Below are positions 51,761 through 64,000 of a stretch of 64,000 nucleotides of DNA, one piece after another. The notes below the pieces were generated by a model. That model was not told the origin of the DNA and ran no database searches. It saw nothing but the letters and a program-made list of their open reading frames with translations. Origin of the DNA: Lama guanicoe. Taxonomy: Eukaryota. Each line of letters starts with the position of its first letter. The first letter of the stretch is position 1. Location of the stretch: assembly GCA_013239625.1 (NCBI GenBank), contig MU053758.1, positions 868,001 to 932,000 on the forward strand, read 5' to 3'. The position numbers and the translations under genes were made by a program.

Positions 51761-54700
51761 AGTTTGTTCACTTGAAATAAACCAGCTGCCCAGCTGGATT
51801 AGGTCTCTGAGAACATCCTTTTTTCCTACTGCTGTTGTGTGTTGGCCAGCAGGTCACAGGAACAAAGTGGTAGCCAGTAGCCCTCATTTGCATGACTTTG
51901 AACTGTTATCTGTGGCTGCTGGAGAGTCTAGCCAGAGCAGACTGGGAGACACCACATGCGGCCATGATAACCTTTTCTTGTTCATTAAGGATGCACTTAG
52001 CTCTCTGTGAGGCTGCAACAGACAGCCTGGAAAAGCAGGTCGTGACTTCATGACTATATAATGCTAATCTCATCAATAAAAACAGAGAATGAAAACAGAA
52101 TTTAAATAACCAACCCACAGAACTACAAAAGTTAGGTCGAGGACAGCTGTGCTTGTTTTCGCAGTATATATATGACTGGCATGATCCCACTCTCCATAAT
52201 ATATATTCAGATAGAGATTTAAATTGGGTGCTGAAATCTAGAGAGGGGAAGGTTAAATATCCTGAAGTGTTTTGCAAATATTAACCAATAAACAGTCATT
52301 TAGAAGCAGTTGGGCAGAATTGGTGCGGTACTTAAGGCTGGATGCTTAAGAGTTTCAGAAAGGTTTGTGAATGATAATTCCTCTCCTTTTGTCAGCAAGA
52401 AATTCAAGTTCAGTCCGGTCAGACCAGTGTTTCGCCAATGAGAAGTAAATAGCACAGCTAGCTTTAAAATCAAATATCAAACTCTACATACTTCCTACCT
52501 TGGATTTGTTTAGTTTCTTAACAATGGAACAAAATTTTCAATAAATACGGAGATGCAAATACTGCCCAAATAATCTTGTTAATATTGAGGGGACACTTAT
52601 CTACTGGAAATCTGTGTATTTTGCCCAAAAATTAGAAATAAAGACTCCTTTACTGATGATTGCGGAAACTGAGAAATTAAACATAGCTATTAGATATATA
52701 GATTCAGGAAACTGGCTTATTAAATTTCAGAAAGTTAATTTTTCTCTTTCTCAATCTGCCTTTTGCCAAATTCCCACCATAAAATGTATGTGAACGAAGT
52801 CCTTTCTGCTTTATGTTCTGATTTCACATGGCTACCCCGTGAGGGTTTTTTAATCTGCAACCCCCAAAATATTGGATTATTATGGAAACAAAGTGCAGTA
52901 TTTCAAGCATCATGCCACAATAAAAGTAACAGGATAATGATTTTCTTTCTCAGTTCAGATATCAGAGACCCAAGTATTGATTGCCTGTTTCTTTTGCCTC
53001 CTGTCCTCTGATGAAACTACACTTTTGACACAGAGTCACAATAAACTGTGCCCTTTCCAGTATGAGATCTCTGTACATGTCATTCACGCAGTCATTGTTT
53101 TCTAATTCTCTGTGTTTTCATCAGAGTAGCACAGAAGCCCTTCACTAAGTAGAGAGAAAGCAAGCAATGTTTAGATTCAGAATTCACTGGAACAAACAAG
53201 TTCCATTATTTTGCTCAGGGCAAGTAGCATTCTAAAAATAGGACTCCCTTTCATAGTGACTATGAAATTACTATTATTAGAATTGACTGAGTGATGAGGA
53301 TGTAGATAAAGGGAGGTTTCATGAAATGTTGTTGGGAATATCGATGTTGGATTTGGCAAGCAAAGAGAAGTCATAAAATCAGTTTGAATGTTAGTGTTTA
53401 TGGATGAGGAGGGTTGGTTGATGGCATGAGCTGAAGCCAGGCTGGAGACCCAGAAGTAATGGCTGGTTCTCCTCCCAAGTCTTCCTCCTGACCTGTAACA
53501 CTCCTGCTGCCTCAGCTCCAGGTCTCTGATCTCTGCTGCCAGCAAATGATTTGTGATTTTGTTTAAGGATAACTATCGATGGTGGCCTCGCTCGAGGCCA
53601 CCAAACTCATTTCACTTATGCCCTGCACCAAATTTGATCCCAAAGGTGGAGAGCTTGTGTATTAACACAATGTGACACTTATTACGTTCCTCCTCTTCTG
53701 TGAAATCAGTTTATCTAAAACTATCTCATACAAAAGGCCTGCAAAAAAACAAGCCATACACAAAGCATGCGCTAAATGTCGTGATAAATGTAATCAGTGC
53801 ACCTACAGCTTCTCAAGATGCTCCCGTGCTGTGACCCTCCATTTCACATAATGTAGCCTTTTTATTTATTTCCAATAGCTTTCCAATCAGTCAGCACCAG
53901 AGTCCTTTTTCTAACCTCGGATCATGGTCTAATAATCAGGTTTCGTGCTTTTATTGGCCTCCAAGGTAGTTTGAGCTGTTAAAACCCTTCTTTAACAAGT
54001 TTCCCTTTGATAAGAGATGTTTCAATGGGCTCCATATCTCTCTTACCTTTGCCTAATCTTTTCTAGACAGACACAGAATCATGGGTGACACAGACCCTAG
54101 CAACATCATCTAACCTTGGCATTGAAACTCATTTGAACATAGCATCACCTAAAACGTCTAAAAATTCCTAGTCGTATTAGATCCAAAGGGAGAGCATGAA
54201 ATATGTTCCAGTAACTGCACACGATCGCGTTTTATGAAAAATTTAAATGGCATGGTATAATGAGAATAGCATTCTTCCCACTGCTGTTGGTTTACTTATC
54301 TTTTGGAGATAGAACACAGGAAAGAAAATCAATATTTTATTTGTGTTCTCCATTTTGTATATATGTGTCTCAGTCTCTACCTCTCTGGCCCAAGTTATGC
54401 CCCAGAGGGATGAAGCTGGCCACATCCAGTTTTTATCTAGCACCACTGCAGCTGATCCCCCAGCTCTGCTAGAGATCTGCCCAGAAACTCCTCTTTTGCT
54501 CCTCTTTTTATCAGCCTGTCTGGGAGGCAAAGTCACCTGAAAGACCACTGAAAGGGCAGGTCTCACTCTCCTTTCCAAGCTTCCCATTTGCTTTCTATTG
54601 ATTGTCCCTAGAAAAAAGGCAACCGATTTAGGGGGCAGAAAATGGTTTGGGATAGACTATAAAAGGGAAAAAAATGAGACCAGTGTGAAGAAGTCAATCC

Positions 54701-57519
54701 CACACACCCTTCTCAAACTTGACAGAAACACTTAAGTTCTGAAGTTCTGGTAAAGAAATAAAATGTGCGATAAGAGATCGGTTACCTGACATATATTTTA
54801 GGAAACCCAGACCTCAGTTTTTCCTTATACCTCCTTTCCACTCTCATCACGTGAAAGCCGAAAATGGAATTTCTGCTCATTGTATTAGAAGAACTTTCAA
54901 GATTTTAAATTATTAAGAAGTTTTAAATCTGATGCATATAATATTTACCAATTTGTCAACTAAAGTAAGTGTGTTTTAAAGAATGTGAAACGAAAGGACA
55001 GATATTTCTGTCTTAAGGATATCCACAGTATTGGGTACTTTGTGTATACTCCTCATAGAATATATAGTTTTTAAGGCTTATGAGAAATATGTCAAGTTTA
55101 ATTTCTATTTTTTAAGCAAGGAAGATAAGTAGTGGCTTTGCTGTTATCACACAATCTATCAGTGAGACATTGTCAAGATAGAACCCAAGTTATAAACTCT
55201 CTGTTTAGGAGTTTTGACCATAACGGTGTATTGCTTTCTATAACTCAAACAAAATCAAGTTGTTGCTGGCACCATTTTCTTCAGAGTGCTGAAGACAGGG
55301 ACTGATTTCTTTTTGAGAAATGTTAAGAGTTATCCAACCATTGAGAGGGTTCCCAGATTTCATACTGCCCAGGAAAAACACATGCCGGACCCCTCTGCAG
55401 GTTTCCTCCCTGTGGCAGTGATGTGAACCCAGCAGCTAAAATAAGGCCATTTCAGTAAGGAGGGCAGCCCTCAGATGATGCACAGGCCAGCGGCAGAGTG
55501 GGACAAGGCAGTATGCTGGGCACTGACTGCTCAAGTGCAGAGGAACAGACCTGGGAGTGGAGGACTGCATGGAGGACGGTGGTGAAGCAGGGCTCTCCAA
55601 CGTGAGCTCGCACTGTTGCTCGTCTCGCAGACAGTGGAAGGAAAGGAGAGAAGGACAGTCTCACTCAGAATCAAGGAAAGCTGGTGGGGCTGGGGCCACC
55701 TCTGTCTAAACCCTGATCTCATACTGCTTCCCTGTGGAGAGTTCCCAGAACTGCAGCTTCCCTCTGTGGGCCCCTGCCTGTCACACCCACCCGGTGTGGT
55801 CTCTGGCCTGGGCTTGGTATAATCTGACAGCAGTAAAAAAAGAAAAGAAAAAATGCTGCTGTTAAGAACCTCAGCAAAAAAGATGAAAAAGCAAGAGAGA
55901 GTGGCCATGTCCTGAACCCACGTGTATATCTGACTACAGGTAACCTAACAGGCCGGCATCCCCACCCTTCCCTTTTTACATACCTTTAAAAGCCCCAAGC
56001 CTCTGTCTGCCGAACGGTATGCCTTCAGCTCTGCTGTCACAGACCTGTGTCTGACTGGCACCCTTGGATAATCCAAATAAATTGCCTACTCTTTCTCTGA
56101 ACTTTTTTCACAAGCACTAAACCCCAATACTCTGGCTAACACAGAGGTTCCCACATTCATCTTTTTACGATTGCCATCACAACTTCCTGCCTACCCTCGG
56201 CACCCACCCAGAGGTATTTTGGTGGGAGACACAGGCATGAACAAGGACACTTACCCCAGCTACCCTTCTTTGTAGGACACTAAGGCCATAAAACACCTTT
56301 TCATCATATAGCTGACTACTTCATCATGGTATAAAAGCAGCATTGTGTGGACATTATACCAAATATGGTCGTTTCAATTCCTCTTTCTTTACATTTTAGG
56401 AATGGGGAAAACCTCAGACTCTCTTAATTAGTAAAAACAGTCAGAAGCTAATTGAAAGCTATAATGATTAAATTTTGATACTTTTTTACGGAAGGTAAAT
56501 AAAACAGCAGTAAATTCTTGAGGCTGGTTGGTGATACTTTCCAGGGAATATCTGAATCAGAAAGTAGAAAGGAAGTTGACGATGTAATTCACATTCCACA
56601 GAGAACCTGTGACCCTTTCTCTTCCTCTCCTCTCCACCCCTGTTGAAGTCTCCAGGGTGAAAGCTGTAAGTTGAAGAGGACAAGCCATCAGCAGAGAGTA
56701 ACTTACGATGAGAAATGAAAATATTTGGATTAGCTATAATACCAAGCCAGTGATATTTACAAATTATTAAACTGCCATCCTCACATCAAACGCTTTTTCT
56801 TTTATGAAATACTAAGCTATACTTTCAGTTTGTTTCAAACTGTCAGGTCCATTATTTGATGTTCCTCTTTGTTTGTTTATCTTAATTAAGATGTTGAATC
56901 AATCATTTTTACTTTCTTTCCCCGAGAGCAGCAGCCGGCTCAGAGTGAGGACAAGGGCCGGCCACCCTCGAGCGCAGTGCAGGTGCTGAGTCTCGTTTGT
57001 TCATGGAGGGATAAAAAACACATTTGTTCTCCCGGCTGTGTGGACAGATTGACAGATTTTTGATAAGAGGGGGAAAAAAGCCTTCCTTTGGGGAGAAATG
57101 ACATTTCTATCTAGAAGTAAAAGCAGTGGCAAATCTTATTCCTGTTTTGGATATGACCTTCTTCCACAGCATCACAACAACTCACCACCAGCAGGGGAAT
57201 TCTGAGATGGGGTTAGAAATAGAAGACAGAATGTGGTCTGAATGTCCTGGATCAAACACGAAGCGGAAAACAAGAGCTCTGAATCCCAGCCTATGAAAAT
57301 GGCTATTGTTCTTGCCACTCTGGCTTTCTTTTTTCCATCCCTGGTGTCACAGTTCAGTCTCCATGCTTCTAGGTCATAGTTTCCTGAAAGTAGGGTGGCT
57401 TACTGTGGGAGGGACCATTTCATAGCCAAACTACTTTGTGTTCCTCTTTGTAGAGAGATACTTCTGGTCCATCAAATCTGTATAAGGACCTTTGCAGGGT
57501 TTTCCCGACAGTTACACCT

Positions 57520-57726
57520 TAGTTCTGCTAAGACAGCTCACTCTTCACTACTCAGTCCCCTTTTTGAGAAGCACACGTTCTTCAGGACAGCTAGCCAGGG
57601 AGAGAGAAGCAATCAACTAGACATGAAACAGAATTTTACTCTGCACACCCGTCGGGCTATCTAGGGATGAAACCTGTGACCTTGGTCTCATTAGCACCAT
57701 GCCCTGTCTAGCTGAGCTAACTGGCC
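57520..57726 (-). mobile_element. MamSINE1-like ancient SINE with a tRNA-Ile(AAT)-derived head (57653-57726)
   Basis: Minus strand GGCCAGTTAGCTCAGCTAGACAGGGCATGGTGCTAATGAGACCAAGGTCACAGGTTTCATCCCT aligns to tRNA-Ile-AAT. The body that follows (cagagtaaaattctgtttcatg...gctagctgtc...gtgtgct...aaggggac) resembles MamSINE1 as recalled. Confidence 0.75.
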
Positions 57727-58539
57727 ATACAATTCAATCAGCCGGACAAATGAGAAACACGAAGAAAGGAAACAAGTCTATTGGCTGATTTAGGGAGATC
57801 CGATGGGAAACAAATCGGCGCTTTACTTTTAAACCATCCTAGTCAATGAAGCAGTCCAAACACAGCCATAGAGTTGAGCAGATTTCTTGTATTTTAGATC
57901 ATGTACTTCTAGAGCAGCATAGTTCCGGTTGTACTCTCAGACCACTCGCTGACTGGAAGGTACTGACATAATCTGTAACCCTAGAGATATGCACTTGGAA
58001 CCCTAAAGTCGAGGAATAAGATGCCTTTTTATTGATTAGAATCGTTTTAAAGCATATCTAAGCAGAATTTGTATGTGAAAGTAGTATTTCTCCACATTAG
58101 CATTGTGAGTACCAGCGGCTAGTGTGGAAATCCTGGGTCTCGTATGCTGTTCTGCTCCTGACGGTTTACAGAAATTGACTCCAGAGACTCGGGCAAGAAG
58201 GACTGAATTCCAGCCCTTCGTTAGGCAAGAGGTGGACTTTTGAATCACATAATTCCAAGAGGAAACGTGAGCTTTCCAAAGTCAAAGCAAGCACTTCATT
58301 TATTTGAGGCCTCTGTTATGACTCCAGCACCAGAGATAAACTACTTTCAACAAATTCTCACTCTTCGTTAGTGGAAAATGCTTTCCTCTAATCACCGCAA
58401 AGTACCCAACACCTGGAATTAACACCAGTCTTCTCTTACCACACTCATTTGCTCTCTTTCCAGTGGGATATGCTAGGTTCATGAGGTGACTGCCAGTAGT
58501 TGTTTAGCTGTGTTCACAGCTCCCAGTGCGGCTGCGACT

Positions 58540-58987
58540 GCTCTCCTGCCCTCAGCATCCATTCTCCCCTCTTCTGCCTTTGTAGATGGGCTCATGGTTG
58601 CCCAGAACAACTCCCTGCCTCCTTAACTCCCTAACAACTAGATTCGACCATGTGATATAAGTTCTGGCTGATGGATATAAAAGGGACATTAACTTCCAGG
58701 GTCATATACGGTGTCCTTAGCAGGTCAGGGGAGGGTGATGCTCCCCTCTTTGTCCCTCTCCCCCTTCCTGCTGGCTCAAGCTGGAGTCAGCTTGGACCAT
58801 GTGGAAGAAATCACATGAAAAAGGTGGTGAAGACAAGTTAGAAGGAGATGAGCACGTGGAGTGCCGTCTCATTTCCGAGCTGCCTCCCTCCAGCCTTATT
58901 ATACATGAGAAAGAAATTATTTTGTTTTATTAGGCCTCTATTATTTGGGGTTTTCTGTCACATTGACCAAACTAATCCTAACTGACT
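58540..58987. mobile_element. MLT1-family (ERVL-MaLR) solo LTR
   Basis: accatgtgatataagttctggctgatggatataa, cagcttggaccatg, tacatgagaaagaaa...ctattatttggggttttctgtcaca...ctaatcctaactga. Confidence 0.8.
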
Positions 58988-59494
58988 GATTCACCTGGTA
59001 AGGACTCCCTTTGGAGGATAAGCAAGGACAGGACAAGTAGGGCAAGACTAGGGAAGCGACTGCAAAAAATGGGATGGAAAGAGGTATTGCAGTGGTGAAA
59101 AGACCATGAGAGGCTTTCTTCAGCCTTTCGAAAGGATGAAATAAACCTGCATTATATGAACATAGGTAATAATTCCCCTGGTGTTTCTTAAATGGTGTTA
59201 TGCAAAGTCCTAACTTTCATAGATTAATATTGTTTCTTCATATGTCGGTTATACTACTTCCAGATGGGCAGTCAAAACTGTGATGTAGACAAGTTATCAT
59301 GGTTCTTTTCCAGGTCATCTTCTGTTAGTTTGTCCAAATGGCACCTCTCTTGCCTCTCACCACCTGTTCTGGTATCCAGTGCCCAGGCCCCCGCCCTGGG
59401 GCCCCACATCACCAAGGCCCACCAGCAAGCCATCAGGTTGACAAGGACTTAATATACAAATTCACTCTGCGGTTGTGGTTTTCAGCCCCGACAC

Positions 59495-59663
59495 AGCCCC
59501 AGAACATCCATAGAGCCTTGTAAAAGTAAGCACGCCTCAGCCCTACTCCCAGATGATCCTGATTCAGCAAATGTAGGGTGCAGCCCAGGTATCGACATTT
59601 TTTTTTTTTGAAAAGTTGACAAGTGATTCTGATGTTCAGCCACAGTTAAGAACCACTGCTCTA
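59495..59663. mobile_element. MER5-like hAT MITE
   Basis: gagccttgtaaaa...ctgattcagcaaatgtagggtgcagcccaggtatc...caagtgattctgatgttcagccacagttaagaaccactgctcta. Confidence 0.8.
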
Positions 59664-62574
59664 AGGTGCTAATGACTGGTAATGGCTCAATGCAGTATCA
59701 TCAACTGCACAGACCTCATGGAAGAGAGTCACTGATGGATGTATTTCTAACAGTTATCTCTACTCAGTGGCCTACTGAATGGTTGCAAGTGGCTGTGCCT
59801 TGTCCCTGGGAGAGCTGGTACTCGGCCCCTCCCTTTCCACCACTTTATCACACTATGGAGGAGAATGCCTCACTTAATGCACTACCCCTCCCAGAGGTAT
59901 TTGTATTTCAGTAGGGAATAATGCTTTCATCTAAGGGAACGGGCTTCTAATGGTGGAATTTCAGGAGTTAAGGAAGTCAGTTGAGAAGACGTTCTGGAAG
60001 AGGGAGCCTTTGCCAGTTCCCTTAAACACACACTAGTTAAGCAGCACCAATTCTATTTGGTGCTACTCTTTTTTAAGTTGTTTTTTGTTTTGTTTTTTTT
60101 TTTGAAATCACTGGTCCTGTTTCAGAAGATCAGGCTTCTGAGGAAAAGAAGAGCCTTGGTTCTTTGTTTTTCCTTGGATCCTGTTTGGAATCCCCCTCAG
60201 CCCTCACACTTTCTCTCATCCCCTAGAGAGACAGTGTCATTCATCCCTAATTCAGCCATAGTTAGATAGCAAGAAAGCTTGTGTTAAAAGAGTGTGTTAC
60301 AGTAGTCTGAATATCCTTTCATGGCTAGAATAGGATCTTAGAACACAGAGCAGAGGGTCATTCAGAGATCAGTCCTCTATTATAGCTCAAAAACAGACAG
60401 GCTAATCAATATTTTCATATATCTGGTTATCTCTTACAAGCCTGGCGTGATTAAGATTCTACAATGTTTTAGGTAATCCTTACTATTTCATTGGCTTTTC
60501 TTCTTGGCTGTTTAAGCTTTTCTTTTTACTTTTATCCTTTCATTACAGATCCTATAAATACCCACCTCATGGAGCTATTATAAAAATCAAACTAAATAAG
60601 AGGATTGAGCATGCTCTGAAATTTTTAAAGCTCTGTGCAAATGTATAGTTATGTTTCTGTAATAGGGAATCTATTCTTTATGTGTCAGTACTTCAGATCT
60701 TTGATGGAGAGAGGAGAGGGAAACATTGAGAGATGCCAAGAGACTGATGCTAAAGATTGGCATGAGGATTCCTTATTTCTGTTCCTGCTTTGTCCACTTA
60801 CTAACTGGGAGACTTGAGCAAGTCACTGTAATTTCTCCGTCAAGAGAAAAATGATCATTTTTCTTATTACAGATAATTATGCTTATTATAGAGGTAGCAG
60901 TGAGGATGAATGAATCAAAGTGTATCAGAAGACTGAAGAGTCTAAGATTTTAAGAATCCTGTAGGAAGAGTCTTGGAAGGGAGTTGCAGATACAGCCCCT
61001 GATCACAGTGATGAGCTAGAAACGGAGCCCTGGCAGCCCAGCACTTGATCCTCCATTGTAATTATTAGCTTATGTCCTCTGCTAACTAGGATAAAATTTA
61101 AAGTTTTTGTTTTTTCCCTCCCATTACAAAAACACATTGAATTGTCTATAGAGTTTCTTTAACCGTTACAGATTTACTACCCTGGAAATAAGGATTTGGA
61201 ATGAGGGCATCCCCCCTTTGTTGGTGTGACCTGTTCTCTGGGAATAGGCAGAGAACCAACAGGCTAAGGGCAACCTCCACTAATTGTTTATTTTCTTTCC
61301 AAAGTGGCAAGAAGTTGTTGGAGTTTCATACTTCATTTTATATACAAATTGAGGTCCTGGGGGAGAGTATCCTTCATGTGAACAGCTCTCCCCGTTAGAG
61401 GAGAAAACTAAGTAACAATAAAACCCTCAGGGACATCATTTAATATTTCCAGCATTTCACATGAGCTCTGACACTCAGGTCTTCAAGGGGAAAGCTGATT
61501 TATACCTTCAGTCATTAGACAATGTAAAGGTGAGGTCAGGCATAGGCATCCTTCATCCCTTTTCCCGTTGCTCACGGGTCCCTTGGGCAAGGTGGAATCA
61601 AAGCATTTCAAATGGTAGAGGTCGCAGGAGTGACACCATAAGAGGTAAGAGAGCACAGCCTCCTTCCTCTACCAGTGGGGCTGACGCCCATATATCTTCA
61701 TATTGCCATTGTTTCCACTTGAAAAATTACATGCACTTGGTTTTACTTTTCCTTCCCTTCCTTATTCTTAAAACATGATTTCCACTCCCAATCTAAAGTG
61801 TAATTTATGTCAAGAATAATGATTATGTGTTTCTGATTATTTTTTAAAAAGGCGAAACCTTTAACATAAATGCAGGACAACAGGTGTCTTGTTTTATGGC
61901 CTTGTACCTTTCCAACCCTATAAATTAAAATCATGTCTCTGCCCCCTGTGTCTTTGCACTGATCTGAAGTTGTCTTTCTAGGACGTCCTAGGAATTCTGT
62001 GCTCTCTGGCACAATACCTCCCACGTGTTAGGTTCCGAATAAATTTTCCTTTCCTTTCCTCCAAATAAACTTTATCCAATTCTGGTCATGCCTCATAATA
62101 CACTGCTATACTGTAAATTGCAGCCCAGGTTTATACCCTGGGCTTCCTGCCCCCAAATTTCATAATGGGATTGCATACTCCTTTGTTACCTGTGGCATAA
62201 AACAGATCTCCTGTGGAAAGAGGCCTCCTATTCATGGGTGCCCTTACAATGTAGGAAGAGCTTAAGCAGAATTGAACCTATGGTACAAAGTACAATATTA
62301 GAATTGCAAATGAATGAAAATTGCACAAAGACTACAGATTATTAAAATATTCTTAAAATGATACCTAATTCAAATACAGCTTTGTGTGTTTTTAATAAAA
62401 ATTGTTTCTCTTTATTCTGCACTGACTTCTTTCTTTTCTGGATTCCTTTGCCGTATATTCTTCATACCAAGCTTAGGAATTTTGTATATTTAGCCACTCA
62501 GGATAAACATCATTATGTAATATGGAGACATATGGCTTTGTTGTAAAATAGTTGTAAAACTATTTTTTATATTT

Positions 62575-64000
62575 TCTAATTTTTTTTATTTCCATCAAAA
62601 TAATATAGATATATCGTTTTTAAACAGCAAATAGCATTACAGACAGTCATCCCTTCCTAATCCCCGAGTACTACTCTCCAGGGGCAGCCCCTGCAATTCT
62701 TTCATCAATTCTGGTATGTACTTCCACATTTCTAAATAATATTGTTATACAGCTATTTTTTTGATTTTTCAATTTCAGATATTAACTATTGATTTCATAT
62801 TATGGCAAAGGAGGATTTAACACTCTTATCCCAGCCCTCACTTCTCCTCCTTCATCTTCCCAACATGATTATATCATACTTTTTAGTTAGTTTAGTTTTA
62901 AGATTTACATGATTTTAACTATGTAAATTTTACTTACTGCCAACCCTTATAAATATCTATAACTAAATTTTATTTCTTGTTTTTTCCAGAGTGGGAAAAC
63001 GCCTTGGCTTTTTCATTTGATTGGTTTTCTAAGTCCCTACCCCTAATTCTTCCCAAACTTTGTAGCAGAGTTGTAATATTCTTCTGACGACTATTTTCCA
63101 CGTGGTCCCACACATCAGATGATCCATCAGGTCCATTCTGTTCTTGGAGCAGCTCCCTCGAAGGCCCCTGTCCTCCTCCCCACTCTGGGCTGGCTGCTCT
63201 GGAGCTGCTGTACGCCCGACACCCTGGGACTTCCCTTTGCGTCTTTCTTTTGTCAGAGCCCCACCTGAATCCAGCATCACCTTCTTTCTTGGTGGACAGC
63301 CTACCCTCACTTTAGTGGAGCACATCCTCTGGTGGCATCCTGAGAAAGGCTGCCTGGAGGTAAATTTCTTAAGAATGTGCATGTCGAAAAACCTCTTTAT
63401 CCAACCTTTACACTTGATTGATAGTTTGGATGTAAAAACACTAATGGAAATTATTTTCCCTCAGAATTTGGAAAGTGTGGCTTCATATCAGCTTCTAGTG
63501 TTGCTGTGGAGAAGTTCATTGCCAGTCAGATTCTTGATTCTTTCTGTATGACCAACTCTTCCCCCAACTCAGAAGCTTTTACCAGCTTCTCGTTATCCAT
63601 TGTGTTCTGAAATGTCACAGTGATTCCCAAGGTGTGAGTCTCTTTTCATTCATGTGCTGGGTGTATGGAGGTCCCTTTCAATCAGAAGACTTGTATCCCT
63701 CATTTTGAGAAATTTGATCATTTCTTTGATCATTTCCTTCCCTTTATTTTCTCTTCTAATATTTTTTCTCTTCTATTTTCTGTTTTCTTGATCCTTTTGA
63801 CCTACTTCTTTAAGATTTCTCAGTTACATCTGCCAATTCATTTGCTGATTTTGCTTTTAATTTTGGCTAACGTATACTTAATTTCTGACTGTCCTTGTTT
63901 CCTGGTTGTTTCTTTTTAAGCCTCTTATTTCATGAATTCAGTGTCTTCTCATCCCTCTGGGAATGTTAATGATGGCTTATTTGTTTGTTTGTTTTCATCT
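62575..64000 (-). mobile_element. HAL1 (half-L1, ORF1-only) element: 3' end plus degraded ORF1
   Basis: The T-run terminus at ~62580 and the 3' UTR lead directly into antisense L1-ORF1-like sequence (gcatgtcgaaaaacctctttat...cacttgattgatagtttgg...ttttccctcagaattt...ttgctgtggagaagt), with no ORF2 between them. Truncated by the window end. Confidence 0.75.

Noticed and set aside
54049..54150. Minus-strand exon-like unit (tttag|GTGATG ... AAG|GTAAGA)
   Set aside because: All three frames contain stops, and isolated splice-like pairs are frequent by chance.
57653..57726. Functional tRNA-Ile(AAT) gene
   Set aside because: Degenerate T-loop and acceptor stem; the sequence continues into a SINE-like body.
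63029..63919. 117-, 135- and 84-aa ORFs
   Set aside because: They lie within the decayed HAL1/L1 element and show no coherent protein similarity.
1..64000. CRISPR arrays, operons, known miRNAs/snRNAs, and the remaining short ORFs
   Set aside because: This is eukaryotic non-coding DNA with no repeat-spacer array. I noticed no match to mature miRNA or snRNA sequences I can recall (not an exhaustive search). The 60-125 aa ORFs are of chance length, often non-ATG, and many overlap repeats.

Overview
Mammalian genomic DNA, AT-rich and CpG-poor. It is most likely camelid, judged from a tRNA-Ala-derived vic-1-like SINE and a young L1 3' end. I see no recognisable host protein-coding exon, CpG island, intact RNA gene or prokaryotic-type system. 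The only ORF with a clear homolog is the C-terminal end of L1 ORF2p (28248-28652). The window reads as intronic or intergenic DNA. Repeat-rich blocks (L2, MIR, old L1/HAL1, MER5-like, MLT1) alternate with repeat-poor stretches (~8-20 kb, ~29-35.6 kb, ~51.8-55 kb). Those stretches carry short CpG-retaining, motif-dense blocks that look like conserved non-coding elements. The best leads are: two very ancient SINE relics (AmnSINE2-like and MamSINE1-like), a candidate terminal exon with a full poly(A) signature at ~11.1-11.6 kb, a HOX/MEIS/GATA/ETS motif cluster, a young L1 inserted into a palindromic target site, and several perfect inverted repeats. I cannot name the host gene and do not claim a new biological system. 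Repeat family names come from recalled consensus sequences, not a search, and old-repeat boundaries are approximate.
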